From positions 32,001 through 96,000 of IMG/VR virus record IMGVR_UViG_3300013121_000019: a DNA stretch of 64,000 bases; one strand, given 5' to 3'. Source of the stretch: a virus. Lineage: Duplodnaviria; Caudoviricetes. A program made the translations under genes and the position numbers. Shown one piece after another: positions 8,220 to 17,669 of the stretch (position 1 is the first letter of the stretch; each line of letters begins with the position of its first letter). Under the pieces are notes generated by a model, which was not told where the DNA came from, did not search any database, and worked only from the letters and a program-made list of their open reading frames with translations.

Positions 8220-8469
8220 CGATCTTCCTCACTTCGTACTTGGACAGCTCATCCAGCAGCTCGACCTCGAACTGCTCCAACCTCTGCAAGATGTCGCGGA
8301 GCACTGCCTGCGGGACAATCCGCTCCGCGTAGGGGGCCTCCTCGCAGGTCAGCTGCTTGCGCGGAGGTGTGTCGAGCTCGACGTAGTCCTCGGACAGCGC
8401 ACGACCCAGATGGGCCCAGACGGTTCTACGGTACTGCAGCTCGAGCTGCTGCTCACGCGCGCCCATCAC
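7987..8469 (-). CDS. hypothetical protein (3' part overlaps the next gene)
   Basis: First ~85 aa are protein-like; start overlaps the upstream stop. Confidence 0.5.
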   Translation of the reverse strand: MMGAREQQLELQYRRTVWAHLGRALSEDYVELDTPPRKQLTCEEAPYAERIVPQAVLRDILQRLEQFEVELLDELSKYEVRKIDERAGAEGGKASGENRDADGPAPSRGRGTRQGGKGSARDAKPAEGKAHRSPAKHDGSSARRKSRQVGTPEAADGSSS

Positions 8470-9122
8470 GCCACCAGGAACGCGTAGAAGCGCTTGTCGA
8501 TGCTAGCTCCCGCGGCGCTGTCCTTGATGATGTTGCGCAGCGGGTAGATGTGCTTGCCACGATCCTGACGTGCCTTGTTGAGCAGGTTGCCCTGACTTGG
8601 CTTGCCGATCTCCAGGGCCGACGTCACCCGGATGTCCGTCGGGTGGTACTTCAGGTAGATGTCGGCGTTGAACTGCAAGTCGCGGAAAAGGTTGTAGGTA
8701 GCCTCGGCCCACTTCTGCATGGGCAGCTTGAAGAACAACTCGCCGATTGTTTCGGCTTCGGTCCACCGTGACTGGCACACGGGACAGATACGGAATCCGA
8801 ACCCACTGTGGCTAGCACAGATCGGGGCCTGGCAGGTGTTCTTGCCCAGACGACGACCAGGACACAGGTAGACCTTCTCGTCGCCACCGCCGTTGAGCTT
8901 CGTGCCAGACTCGTAGAACGACATGACGCCGACCGTGAGTCCGTTGATGCGACGTTGCGTGCCGAACAGGATCTCGATTTTGTACTTGGCGATCTGCTTC
9001 CGCGCCAACAGCTTGTCGAGGTTGTCCTGCCGGGCCTTGAGGGCAAGCTGCTCGTCTTCCGACAGTGCCCGAACATCGACGGAATCGCGAATGGAACTCG
9101 CCTGTGTCTGCTGAACGCTCAC
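8466..9122 (-). CDS. hypothetical zinc-finger protein
   Basis: 218 aa; CPG...C, CPVC motifs; overlapping start/stop junctions on both sides. Confidence 0.7.
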   Translation of the reverse strand: MSVQQTQASSIRDSVDVRALSEDEQLALKARQDNLDKLLARKQIAKYKIEILFGTQRRINGLTVGVMSFYESGTKLNGGGDEKVYLCPGRRLGKNTCQAPICASHSGFGFRICPVCQSRWTEAETIGELFFKLPMQKWAEATYNLFRDLQFNADIYLKYHPTDIRVTSALEIGKPSQGNLLNKARQDRGKHIYPLRNIIKDSAAGASIDKRFYAFLVA

Positions 9123-9577
9123 TTCGACCTCCGCGGACTGTACGGTGCTTCGCCGCGCTTGCGCACAAGAGGCATCGGACGAACACCGGCGCCGTACTGC
9201 CCCGGAAGTCGTGCGACGTCTTCGACGTATCCTCGTGTTACTGGCGCTGAACGGATAGCCGACACGATAGAGGTTGCGGCGCCCTCGATCGACGCCGCAT
9301 CGATGATGAAGCGCCAGCCAAAGACTTGCTGACCGAGACGACCTTCATCGTCCTTCAGCGTGAAGTACTGCTTGGATGTGTCGATGGCCCACCCGTTGGC
9401 GCAGTCACGAAAGTGCTTCAGGAACGGCAGCCACTCCTGCATCGACACACCCGCATCGACCTTGCCGAGCAGGCGCAGCTTGGTGGGCTTCACCATACGA
9501 CTCCGCACGATGAACCCGCGGTCGCTCAGCGCCTGTTCGATACGGCCAACCGCCTCGTATAGCGTTTCCTCGCTCAT
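9119..9577 (-). CDS. hypothetical protein
   Basis: 152 aa, translationally coupled to its neighbours. Confidence 0.65.
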   Translation of the reverse strand: MSEETLYEAVGRIEQALSDRGFIVRSRMVKPTKLRLLGKVDAGVSMQEWLPFLKHFRDCANGWAIDTSKQYFTLKDDEGRLGQQVFGWRFIIDAASIEGAATSIVSAIRSAPVTRGYVEDVARLPGQYGAGVRPMPLVRKRGEAPYSPRRSK

Positions 9578-9849
9578 TCTGTGATCTCGATGGCATCACC
9601 CGGAGACAGCCGGTTTCGAAGAGCAAGGAGCTCCTCGCGCCGATGTTCGATGGCCGTCAACGCCAAGGTCAACGACCCCATGACGGCGTCCGTGCCGGCC
9701 CACCCGATGAGCGAGATCGGACCATCGTTGCCCGCGTCGCTGGACTCCGTGATCCGCCGCTGCAGCGTGTTGAATGCGGTGCGGAAGACCATCAAGTCTT
9801 TGGTGGTCTCCTCGAGCGCCGTTGAGATGTCGGTGTACGTGAACTTCAC
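9574..9849 (-). CDS. hypothetical protein
   Basis: 91 aa, coupled start/stop overlaps. Confidence 0.6.
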   Translation of the reverse strand: MKFTYTDISTALEETTKDLMVFRTAFNTLQRRITESSDAGNDGPISLIGWAGTDAVMGSLTLALTAIEHRREELLALRNRLSPGDAIEITE

Positions 9850-10358
9850 GTCGGCTTCTCAGCGGGCTTGAACGCGACGAACACCATCGCGTCACCCAGG
9901 TAGAGCGGCACCGCCGACACCGGGTAGATCGGATCCTCGAAGATGCGCTGCGTGTGCCCTTCCGGATGCGGCGGCACGCAGAAGCGAACGTACGACTCGC
10001 CGCTCGTCAGCACGTCGATGATCGAAGAATCGTTGTACGGCAGCAGGTACTCGCCGAGTGCATTGCGACCGATCTCCGCCATGATGGTGAGCTCCTGCAG
10101 CTCGTACTGCAGGTGCAGCTGCGCCGGACGCGCGGTCTTCTTGTACCGAGCGATCACGTCGGGGTCGGTCAGCACCACCGGCCCCTGATCGGTCGCCTCA
10201 GCGGCCTGCTGTAGCGCCAACACGGCGGCCTCCGCGGTCTTAGGCGGTTCGACGGGACCATCCGGCACCTCGATCGGCGACTTCCAGCGCTGGAACTCAC
10301 CCAGCATGTCGGGGGTGATGACGCCGGTCTGAATGGTAGCTAGAGACAAGTCTTTCAC
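9846..10358 (-). CDS. hypothetical protein
   Basis: 170 aa, GAGGAGG RBS, coupled overlaps. Confidence 0.65.
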   Translation of the reverse strand: MKDLSLATIQTGVITPDMLGEFQRWKSPIEVPDGPVEPPKTAEAAVLALQQAAEATDQGPVVLTDPDVIARYKKTARPAQLHLQYELQELTIMAEIGRNALGEYLLPYNDSSIIDVLTSGESYVRFCVPPHPEGHTQRIFEDPIYPVSAVPLYLGDAMVFVAFKPAEKPT

Positions 10359-10903
10359 TGGTCCTCCTCTCCGCGCGGGATGGTGAGCTTGAACGTCATG
10401 TGCGTGTTGGCCAGGTTCGTGGAGCTACCGTATCCGGCCGACAGGAACAAGCTGTACGAGGTGATCTGAGGGTCCGTGTAGACGGGCAACCCGTACAGCT
10501 CCTCGTGGCTCACGAACGAGACCCGTGTCGTGTCCTTGAACCAGCTCCAGAACGAGGTGGGTCGTCCCAGCACGAACGCGATCGGCTGAAGCCGCGCCTG
10601 CTGAATCGCATCGAACAGCCATGCCAGGCAGACCGCCGCGTTGTCCTGCAGCGTCGGTGTCTCGAGCTCCACGATCTCCCCGGCCACTCGGATCATCTCC
10701 CAGGGGCTCACCGTCTCGAGCGTGATCTCGGCAGGCGCATCCGACTCGCCTTCATCGACCACGCGGGTGAAGTGCACACCTTGACGGTCGAGCGTCACTG
10801 GGTACTGCACACGCGGAATCTTGATCAACGCTTCCATCGCCTCGACGATGGCGCGCTTGCCCAGCCCCTGCGGAAGACGGATGGTCTGTCGAATCTCTTT
10901 CAT
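10355..10903 (-). CDS. hypothetical protein
   Basis: 182 aa, coupled overlaps. Confidence 0.65.
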   Translation of the reverse strand: MKEIRQTIRLPQGLGKRAIVEAMEALIKIPRVQYPVTLDRQGVHFTRVVDEGESDAPAEITLETVSPWEMIRVAGEIVELETPTLQDNAAVCLAWLFDAIQQARLQPIAFVLGRPTSFWSWFKDTTRVSFVSHEELYGLPVYTDPQITSYSLFLSAGYGSSTNLANTHMTFKLTIPRGEEDQ

Positions 10904-11097
10904 CAGATGGACTCCGCGTCGTACGGTGTCGTGTCCTTGGACTCTTCGGCCTCCAGGATAGCTCGAAAGTGATCCTCTACGATGCTCGTTAGGGTCACAT
11001 CGCGCGCTTCTGCGAAGGCGTGCATCTTCGTGAGCAGCCGCTGGCTGATGCGCAAACTCAAGCGGCCGCGCTTGCCGGATGCGGCCTTCTGGCTCAC
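10903..11097 (-). CDS. ribbon-helix-helix DNA-binding protein
   Basis: RLSLRISQRLLTKMHAFAEARDVTLTSIVEDHFRAIL fits the RHH strand-helix-helix pattern. Confidence 0.7.
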   Translation of the reverse strand: MSQKAASGKRGRLSLRISQRLLTKMHAFAEARDVTLTSIVEDHFRAILEAEESKDTTPYDAESI

Positions 11098-11357
11098 GGG
11101 GTCCTCACGAACTTGATCGCATCGAGGTAGTCGTCGAGGCCCTTGAAGTGCGGGAACATGGCGACGATCTCCTTGACCACCAGATCGTGCGCCAACTTGA
11201 GGTTCTCTTCGGTCATCGCCTTACCGACGAGGTGCTCGGACACGACCTTATCCAACTTCTCGAGCGTATTCCTGTTGAACGTCAGCCAGGACGGCAGCCA
11301 CATGAAGTTGATCTCGACGGTCGCTTTATCAGTTGGGACGACCAGCAGCACGGGCAC
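11094..11357 (-). CDS. hypothetical protein
   Basis: 87 aa with AGGAG RBS. Confidence 0.6.
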   Translation of the reverse strand: MPVLLVVPTDKATVEINFMWLPSWLTFNRNTLEKLDKVVSEHLVGKAMTEENLKLAHDLVVKEIVAMFPHFKGLDDYLDAIKFVRTP

Positions 11358-11513
11358 CTCCTACATGGTTCTTGACGTACTCCATGATGGTCCGACGAAG
11401 CCACCGGCCGGTCCAGGCAGCGACGTCACGAAGGATCTCGTTGATCTCTTGTTGCTCTGCAGGAGTCAACTCTAGAACGACCTTCTGGGTCGACGCGGGC
11501 GGTTGACGACGCT

Positions 11514-11864
11514 TCACTTGGGAAGCTCCGCAGACCGCACGGTACCGGCCTCGCCGAGGATGCTCTCGAGGTTTGATCGGAACTCCTCGACGGCGTTCGA
11601 GATGCCGACGATCGTGTCGTCAGCATAGATGGTAAAGCTGATCGGCTGTGCCCCGTAACAAGACATCTGGCCCGTCAGCAGCTGGCACTTCACCGTCAGT
11701 GGCGCGGGGCTGTTCTCCATCAGTGTGTGGGCGACCTCGAACCAGGGCGCGCGCTCGTCCTCTGGAAGATACTGCCACTGTAGCGCCGGTTCACCTTGCC
11801 TGGCGGCGCAGTACGCGCGGTACGCCTTCTCGGCCAGCAGCTGCTTGAGCTCCTCGATGATCAT
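11514..11864 (-). CDS. hypothetical protein
   Basis: ATG 11864 (MIIEELKQLLAEKAYRAY...WQYLPEDERAPW). Confidence 0.55.
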   Translation of the reverse strand: MIIEELKQLLAEKAYRAYCAARQGEPALQWQYLPEDERAPWFEVAHTLMENSPAPLTVKCQLLTGQMSCYGAQPISFTIYADDTIVGISNAVEEFRSNLESILGEAGTVRSAELPK

Positions 11865-11988
11865 GTCGACCCCTTGTTGCGCCGCTTGGCAGCATCGCGG
11901 TCCGACTTCCACGACGCGAACCCGATGAACAGGATGACGAACCCCAGGCAGAGCGCCGTGAGGATGTCGTTCGGCGTGATGACGATCG

Positions 11989-12258
11989 TCACGGCACTTC
12001 CTCCCAATCCTCCGACAGCAGATCCGTTTGGCTAGCCAGCCACCCTACCACCAGCGGACCGTGTGCTGGCTTCATACAGATGAACTGACTGTCGGCATTC
12101 AACATGTCCGTGCCCGGTCCGTTGCCTACGATCTCATTCGGGGAGCAGCTCGCCAGGAAGATGAACATCCCCTTCCCGTTCCAGCCAGTACGAGCAACGC
12201 GTCCGCCGGCCTTTAGTAGCTGAAGCGCCACATCAAAGCCGAACAGCTCAGTCGCCAT
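11989..12258 (-). CDS. DUF2829 / Thoeris anti-defence 2 (Tad2)-like protein
   Basis: FGFDVALQLLKAGGRVARTGWNGKGMFIFL...GWLASQTDLLSEDW is the canonical family signature. Confidence 0.85.
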   Translation of the reverse strand: MATELFGFDVALQLLKAGGRVARTGWNGKGMFIFLASCSPNEIVGNGPGTDMLNADSQFICMKPAHGPLVVGWLASQTDLLSEDWEEVP

Positions 12259-12556
12259 CGTGCACCTCACTCCAGTCCTCGGCGAAGACGTCGGCTTGCT
12301 CGGGCTCCCACGACGGAACAATGCGGCCCCGTCGATTCACCAGGAAGATGTGGCACCGCATGTCACCGGTCGGCATGGCCGGCGGGTGAAACACTGCCTT
12401 CTGCAGCTCCTCGACCGACACCGTCAGGAGGTCTGCACCGCACTGGCGGCCGCAGAACAAGTACTGACCCGGCAGTTCGCCGCGTGTGACCTTCTTGCCC
12501 TTCTTGAGCAGCTGGATGGCGACATCGAACCCGAAACGTTCACTCTTGTGGCTCAC
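12248..12556 (-). CDS. DUF2829 / Tad2-like protein (divergent paralog)
   Basis: FGFDVAIQLLKKGKKVTR...WEPEQADVFAEDW; GTG start after AAGGAGG. Confidence 0.75.
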   Translation of the reverse strand: MSHKSERFGFDVAIQLLKKGKKVTRGELPGQYLFCGRQCGADLLTVSVEELQKAVFHPPAMPTGDMRCHIFLVNRRGRIVPSWEPEQADVFAEDWSEVHDGD

Positions 12557-12881
12557 TGCGCGCCTCCTTCTTGAGAATGCTGATGTGAAGTTGCCTGTAG
12601 AGCTCATCCGGCACCGCCACGCGGTACAGGTCACCAAGCGGACCGAAGACTGTGATGTGCTTGTCGGTGAAGCCGCGCACCCACAGCTTCGGGTCTTGCT
12701 CCCCGAACTGCGTGTACTGGGCAGACTCGCCGATGGCCACACCCATCAGCGTGAACAACGCGTCGTTGCCCACGAGCTTGTCGGTCAGACGAAGCAGCTC
12801 GTCAGACACCAACCCGCCTTGGCACTCATCGACGAGCTGCTTGAGACGTTCCTTCTCCGCAAGCGTCAGAAGCGCCATCAC
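12540..12881 (-). CDS. hypothetical protein
   Basis: 113 aa; C-terminus resembles the N-terminal domain of the upstream gene. Confidence 0.6.
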   Translation of the reverse strand: MMALLTLAEKERLKQLVDECQGGLVSDELLRLTDKLVGNDALFTLMGVAIGESAQYTQFGEQDPKLWVRGFTDKHITVFGPLGDLYRVAVPDELYRQLHISILKKEARSEPQE

Positions 12882-13966
12882 GAACCTCCGTTGTAGATCA
12901 ACCAGTCCTCGGCCAGTAGGTCAGCCTCGCTGAACTGGTGGTTCATGCGGCATGTGCCATCGCCGTAGTACGCCACGAAGCAGGGGCGAATGGCAGCACG
13001 CAGAACTGACACACCTGGGTCTGCGAAGTGGACGCGTGCGTGCATCTTGCTGTCCCAGGCAGCCCGCCGCATGGCCTTACCCTCCTTCAGCAAGTAAAGG
13101 GCACCACTGAAGTCGAAGCGAATTGGCAACCCCACGGACCCTTCGATGCCCTTGCGCATGATGCCTGCGATCTGATCCTGGATCTTTTCCCTGTGGGACT
13201 GCAACGGCTTCTTCTCGACCGGTGTCTCCATGGAGGGGGCATCGACGAGATGCGCCACTACAGCCTCCAGCTCCGTAGCAGGCAGCACGCTCGAGATGAA
13301 CTTCGGGTAGACGGTCATGTCGATGCTGGTGAACGGTGTCACGCAGACCGGCAAGACTCGCACGCCACCTGTACTAATCATGTACAGCGACTGGCAGTTC
13401 GAGATCGGAGGAGTCGGAATCACGCGAAGCTCCTCCGCCGTCAGCGTCTCGTGCTGCGTGCCGTACCAGACACCATTGATGGCGAATCGGTACGGGGGCG
13501 GCACCTTGATGGTGTAGTCGCTGTCCTGCCGATCCAGCTGCTCCGTCACTTCCTTCACCACGTGTGCCATCGGCAGCGGCACCTGCTGGGACGAGTTCTT
13601 GAACGCGTTGACGATCTCCTCCGCGCTGAACATGTCGCTGTTCAGGTTTGCCGGTGTGGCGATGAGCGGAGGGTGTTCGATGGCCTCCTTTAGGGCCAGG
13701 TCAGCCTTCTCGTTGTACAGCGGGGTCTCGAGCTTCGGCGGCATACCGGGCTGAGAGAACTCCGCCAGCTCGCAGACTTCCTTGTACAGCTCTTCCGGCA
13801 CAGTGATGTCGTAAGTCTTGCCGCCAGGGCTCACGACCACTAGCCGGAACCCGTCCATTGTCGTCTCTTCGATGTGGCCGACAACGCCTAGCTTCGCGAA
13901 GGCATTGTCCATCGTCAGCCGCAGATCTTGAAGAGACTTCGTCTTTGCCTCGGTCGTGGCCTGCAT
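12878..13966 (-). CDS. multidomain protein with possible ubiquitin-like domain and C-terminal DUF2829/Tad2-like domain
   Basis: C-terminal FDFSGALYLLKEGKAMRRAAW...FSEADLLAEDW; central YRFAINGVWYGTQHETLTAEEL...LYMISTGG...IDM segment. Confidence 0.7.
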   Translation of the reverse strand: MQATTEAKTKSLQDLRLTMDNAFAKLGVVGHIEETTMDGFRLVVVSPGGKTYDITVPEELYKEVCELAEFSQPGMPPKLETPLYNEKADLALKEAIEHPPLIATPANLNSDMFSAEEIVNAFKNSSQQVPLPMAHVVKEVTEQLDRQDSDYTIKVPPPYRFAINGVWYGTQHETLTAEELRVIPTPPISNCQSLYMISTGGVRVLPVCVTPFTSIDMTVYPKFISSVLPATELEAVVAHLVDAPSMETPVEKKPLQSHREKIQDQIAGIMRKGIEGSVGLPIRFDFSGALYLLKEGKAMRRAAWDSKMHARVHFADPGVSVLRAAIRPCFVAYYGDGTCRMNHQFSEADLLAEDWLIYNGGS

Positions 13967-13968
13967 GG

Positions 13969-14448
13969 TCAGTTGAACTCCAACAGCTGGTCTGCCGGGT
14001 AACAGCAGAGGATGTCGCACTCGCGCAGCAGCATGTGGTCCTGCCCCAGCAGGTGCGTGAGCTTCTTCCCCTGGGTGTGCTCCTGGTGCCAGCGGAGGAA
14101 CGCGACCCGCTCGCCGACCTGCGCGTCCACCGGAACCCGCACGCCGGTGTCGGTGCGACGACCAGGACCGACCGCCACGATGGTGCCGGTCCGGACGTGC
14201 TCGGTCTCCCGATTGCCCGTCAGGATGATGCCGTTCTTCTCCTCACGGAACGGATCGACGCGAACCAGCAGGTAGTCCGCGTACGGCTTGGTCTTCAGGG
14301 GATCGACCGGTTCGTCAGCGCGGCCAGACCACTCCGGATCTCGCGCAAGACTGTCGGACATGGCGTCGTACTCGTGCTGACTCATGAAGTTGACCGGCTC
14401 GTCCACGCTGATCGAGTCCGCCGGTACGCCTCGGATGGGCTTCCGCAT
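13969..14448 (-). CDS. groES: GroES/Cpn10-like co-chaperonin with N-terminal extension
   Basis: KPYADYLLVR...NGIILT...GTIVAVGPGR..DTG.RVPVDAQVGERVAF...LLRECDIL matches the Cpn10 pattern. Confidence 0.85.
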   Translation of the reverse strand: MRKPIRGVPADSISVDEPVNFMSQHEYDAMSDSLARDPEWSGRADEPVDPLKTKPYADYLLVRVDPFREEKNGIILTGNRETEHVRTGTIVAVGPGRRTDTGVRVPVDAQVGERVAFLRWHQEHTQGKKLTHLLGQDHMLLRECDILCCYPADQLLEFN

Positions 14449-14621
14449 CACTCGCCTTCCTTCTGCTGGCCGCTGAGATCCAGCGGCTCATCCGTGAGCT
14501 CGACCTTGACGCCTGCCTCGAGGGGCTGCTTCGCGGAAGTGTCCTTTGTGACCTCCAGAAAGAAGCGGCTGATGTCGTCCCACTGCTGCTGGGTAAAGCG
14601 CAACACCTGGGGTCGCGGCAT
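14448..14621 (-). CDS. small hypothetical protein (57 aa, below the ORF-track cutoff)
   Basis: MPRPQVLRFTQQQWDDISRFFLEV...; fills the gap with TGATG overlaps at both ends. Confidence 0.55.
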   Translation of the reverse strand: MPRPQVLRFTQQQWDDISRFFLEVTKDTSAKQPLEAGVKVELTDEPLDLSGQQKEGE

Positions 14622-14977
14622 CACTGCTCTCCCGTGACGTCGACGTCATCGTCGGAGGGCGGGGCCCCTGCAGACTTCGTCACGGTGCGCTCGGCCAGCT
14701 TCGCCTTCATGGCGGTCTGCAGCCAGTCGCTCGGGATCTGCAGGCTCTTGGCTTCGCGCTCGTCGCCGATGAAGTAGAACGACTGACCGTCGTACCCGAC
14801 GATCCGCGGATGAACGGTGCCCTGATCATCCGAGAAGAAGACGCTGAACAGCTGCATAGGCGCCATCGCCAGCAGCTGCTTCGGGGCCGCGATCTCGGGC
14901 CGCTTGCTGCGCTCGGAACGACCACCCATGATGCGAACGGAACGCGAACGGGAGTTGTTGGGACCTACGATGCTCAT
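14621..14977 (-). CDS. hypothetical protein
   Basis: AAGGAG RBS, ATG 14977. Confidence 0.6.
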   Translation of the reverse strand: MSIVGPNNSRSRSVRIMGGRSERSKRPEIAAPKQLLAMAPMQLFSVFFSDDQGTVHPRIVGYDGQSFYFIGDEREAKSLQIPSDWLQTAMKAKLAERTVTKSAGAPPSDDDVDVTGEQ

Positions 14978-15633
14978 GTCGACTCCTTGATCTGCTGCCA
15001 CTTACGGTTGAGCTCCTCGAGGTCGTGGCGGGACATCCAGGGGCTGTTGGGATTCCACTTCTCTGTGATGTAGAAACGATCGAACGGCTTTGACAGAAGC
15101 TCAAGCGCGTCAAAGGTCGCCATGTGCGGGCCGAGCTCTAGCACTCGGAAGAGTGCCAGGCACTTCTTCCTACAGACGAACACGCGGTCAACATCGTAGA
15201 CCGTCGACCACATGCCGCAGCCAGGGCACTCGATGTCGCCGTTGCGGCGGCCGTAGTGAACTGTGCCGTGAAAGTGGTCGGTCATCGGGTCCACCGGGCG
15301 CTGCACCGGTAGCGGCCGACGTAGCGCGTCAGCGAGCGGGTTCTTCTCCGTCAGATGGTCGGGCTCGTACGTCAGCGACTTGATAGCCCGAACCGGATCG
15401 GTACGGAGCATCTCGACGAACTCGGGCTCCATCTCAATCGGAACCAGGCCGGGTCGATCATCACGATGAAAGAGCAGACGGTCACCCGGCTGCAGCTGCA
15501 AGTGGACCAACCGCATCATGCGGCTGAAGCCCTCCTGCCCGAAGGCCATCGGCGGGTGACCCTCGACCGTGATGCTGCCCGACGACAGAATCGAATCTCC
15601 TTCACGGTGGTACTTCAGGGTGACGGTTCGCAC
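14974..15633 (-). CDS. hypothetical protein with C-terminal zinc ribbon
   Basis: CPGC...CRKKC; probable GTG start 15633. Confidence 0.6.
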   Translation of the reverse strand: MRTVTLKYHREGDSILSSGSITVEGHPPMAFGQEGFSRMMRLVHLQLQPGDRLLFHRDDRPGLVPIEMEPEFVEMLRTDPVRAIKSLTYEPDHLTEKNPLADALRRPLPVQRPVDPMTDHFHGTVHYGRRNGDIECPGCGMWSTVYDVDRVFVCRKKCLALFRVLELGPHMATFDALELLSKPFDRFYITEKWNPNSPWMSRHDLEELNRKWQQIKEST

Positions 15634-16055
15634 TTCGGCTCCTTGGGCTCGACGATCTTGTAGACGATGGCGCCGTGTGTCGACGCCCCGAAGTACATCC
15701 TGTGTCCGCTGTCGAACTCGATCCACTCGAGGCAGAAGCGCGTGTCGGACACGCTGTGACCGCCGATCAGGTGGATCTGCTTGTTACGAAGAAGAGACTC
15801 GACCGCATCACGAGAACACGCACGCTCTGACGGAAGTCCCTGGCCAGAGCATGCCCGACACGTCTCGGCGTACGTGAGCTCGCGGGTGCCGCTGTGTAGA
15901 AGACCGCGCTCCACCGCTGCGAGCTCCGACAGCGTAACCGCTCGACCTCCACAGCCCCAGCACTGCAACTCCGTGCGGCTGAGCGTCATAGCCTGCTGCT
16001 CGGTGCAGATGACGCGCGCGGCCTCCGAGCAAATTGAGCACTGCACGACGATCAT
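15615..16055 (-). CDS. hypothetical zinc-binding protein
   Basis: CSIC, CWGC motifs. Confidence 0.6.
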   Translation of the reverse strand: MIVVQCSICSEAARVICTEQQAMTLSRTELQCWGCGGRAVTLSELAAVERGLLHSGTRELTYAETCRACSGQGLPSERACSRDAVESLLRNKQIHLIGGHSVSDTRFCLEWIEFDSGHRMYFGASTHGAIVYKIVEPKEPKCEPSP

Positions 16056-16576
16056 ACGGACGGCACCCCGTCTTCGTCGCCATCGAACTGCTGGCGTGGC
16101 CTGCGTCCGGCCACCTGCGGGTTGCCAGCATCATCCTTTTGGATCGTGCGGACCGGTGGAGGCCCCTGACGAGGATCCCACGCCGGCCGTTGCGGCGGAG
16201 CCTGTGACGCCCACGGGGTCGCCTCTGCGGCGGCAGCCGGTGGACGGCTGTAATCGTCCGCCTCTTCCGGCACATGAGCCTCGAAGTCACCGCCAAAGAC
16301 CGGCGCCTCGGCCTCGAGGGTGAACGACTCTCGAGGTGCCTGGGGTGCCTGAGGCGTGGGCGCTCGAGGTGCAGGCGGCGTCGGCCGCGCAGGCTCCGCC
16401 GTCATGGTGTTCTGGATGATGTAGGACGCGATGTCGGGCGAGATGTTCGCCCGTAGCTCGGTCCCGTCCGGCAGCTGAAGCACCGCCACCAGGGTCTCGG
16501 CCTTGGTGCCAAGGTCGATGCGGTTCTCGATGCCTGTGATCTTGGCGTGCATCACTTGCTGTCTTTCTGGGGGCAC
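16052..16576 (-). CDS. hypothetical protein with Pro-rich disordered tail
   Basis: Small beta-rich N-terminus followed by a Pro/Ala-rich region. Confidence 0.6.
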   Translation of the reverse strand: MPPERQQVMHAKITGIENRIDLGTKAETLVAVLQLPDGTELRANISPDIASYIIQNTMTAEPARPTPPAPRAPTPQAPQAPRESFTLEAEAPVFGGDFEAHVPEEADDYSRPPAAAAEATPWASQAPPQRPAWDPRQGPPPVRTIQKDDAGNPQVAGRRPRQQFDGDEDGVPSV

Positions 16577-16975
16577 CAGTAGACGACCCGGTACTGCCTA
16601 CAGTGGTAGAGCAGACCGCTCGACTGACACATGAGACCCACCGGTTGACCGCCAGCGCACGGCTGCTCGGGAACGAACGGCTTCGAACCGTCATCCGACA
16701 GTACGAACCACACGCCCAACATCAACAGGCCGAATACCGACATGGCCATAGCGACGAGATTGGGGGTGCGATCCGGCGGCATGGCAAAGTGATTCATCGT
16801 GTACCCTCCTCACAGGTGCAGCACTTGTACGGGTTTGGCGGAGCTAACGCCGCGATAATCACTCCACCTGCCACAACCGCAACGAACAGCATGACCATCA
16901 GCAGCATGGAGCCAGCGTCTCGCTCATCGGCGATTGCCCTGTGCTCCACAGGTGGCTGTGCCCGGTACGGGGCGT

Positions 16976-17275
16976 TCATCGCGGCACCATCGGAAGTCGA
17001 CGATGCGCGTCGGCTTCACGGGCATCTTCTCGTTTGTTCCACCTGATGAGCTCGAGGGCGATGATGTTGACGTGCTTGGCCTCGCGGTACCCGTTGACCA
17101 GCTCGAGGCAACGAGCCCAGGGCTGCCCGATGTGCTCCTTCGATGGGGTCACAAGGAACGCGATGCAGTCAGGACCGCAGACGCGCTCCATGGAACGGTG
17201 ACACATCAAGTTGTCGCCAGGCGGTACCGGGTTGGTCTCGACCGGCAACTCGTCGTTGTCAGGGTACTCGGCCAC
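16976..17275 (-). CDS. hypothetical protein
   Basis: 99 aa; CHRS...CGPDCIAF...C motif. Confidence 0.55.
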   Translation of the reverse strand: MAEYPDNDELPVETNPVPPGDNLMCHRSMERVCGPDCIAFLVTPSKEHIGQPWARCLELVNGYREAKHVNIIALELIRWNKREDAREADAHRRLPMVPR

Positions 17276-17669
17276 GGCGTGCCTCCTCTGCTACGTGCTT
17301 CTTGCGAACGTCATCGGAGTACGTCAGCACGATGGCGTTCATCACACTCTTGAGTACCGCGATCAGGTACGTCGACAAGAGAGCCTTGTCGGTGGCCTGC
17401 ACAAAGCCGAACTTCACCAGCAGACGCCCGAGAGGAAGCGACAGATGCTGCGCCAGCGTGACCTGCACTTCCTTGACGAACGCCTTGAGCATTAGCTCGG
17501 CATTGGCCTGGCTGGCGCCAAGCGTTGCGATGAGCTCCTTCTCCAGTCCGGTCCAACCGCACTCGCCACACGACGCGGTACCGGCAACCGCCTGAACATC
17601 GACGTGCTGCCCGTTCATGCACTTCGGGCACAGCCGAATGAGTTCCTTTTCCTTGATCAACGTTTCCAT
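17259..17669 (-). CDS. hypothetical zinc-ribbon protein
   Basis: CPKC...CGECGW motifs. Confidence 0.65.
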   Translation of the reverse strand: METLIKEKELIRLCPKCMNGQHVDVQAVAGTASCGECGWTGLEKELIATLGASQANAELMLKAFVKEVQVTLAQHLSLPLGRLLVKFGFVQATDKALLSTYLIAVLKSVMNAIVLTYSDDVRKKHVAEEARRGRVP

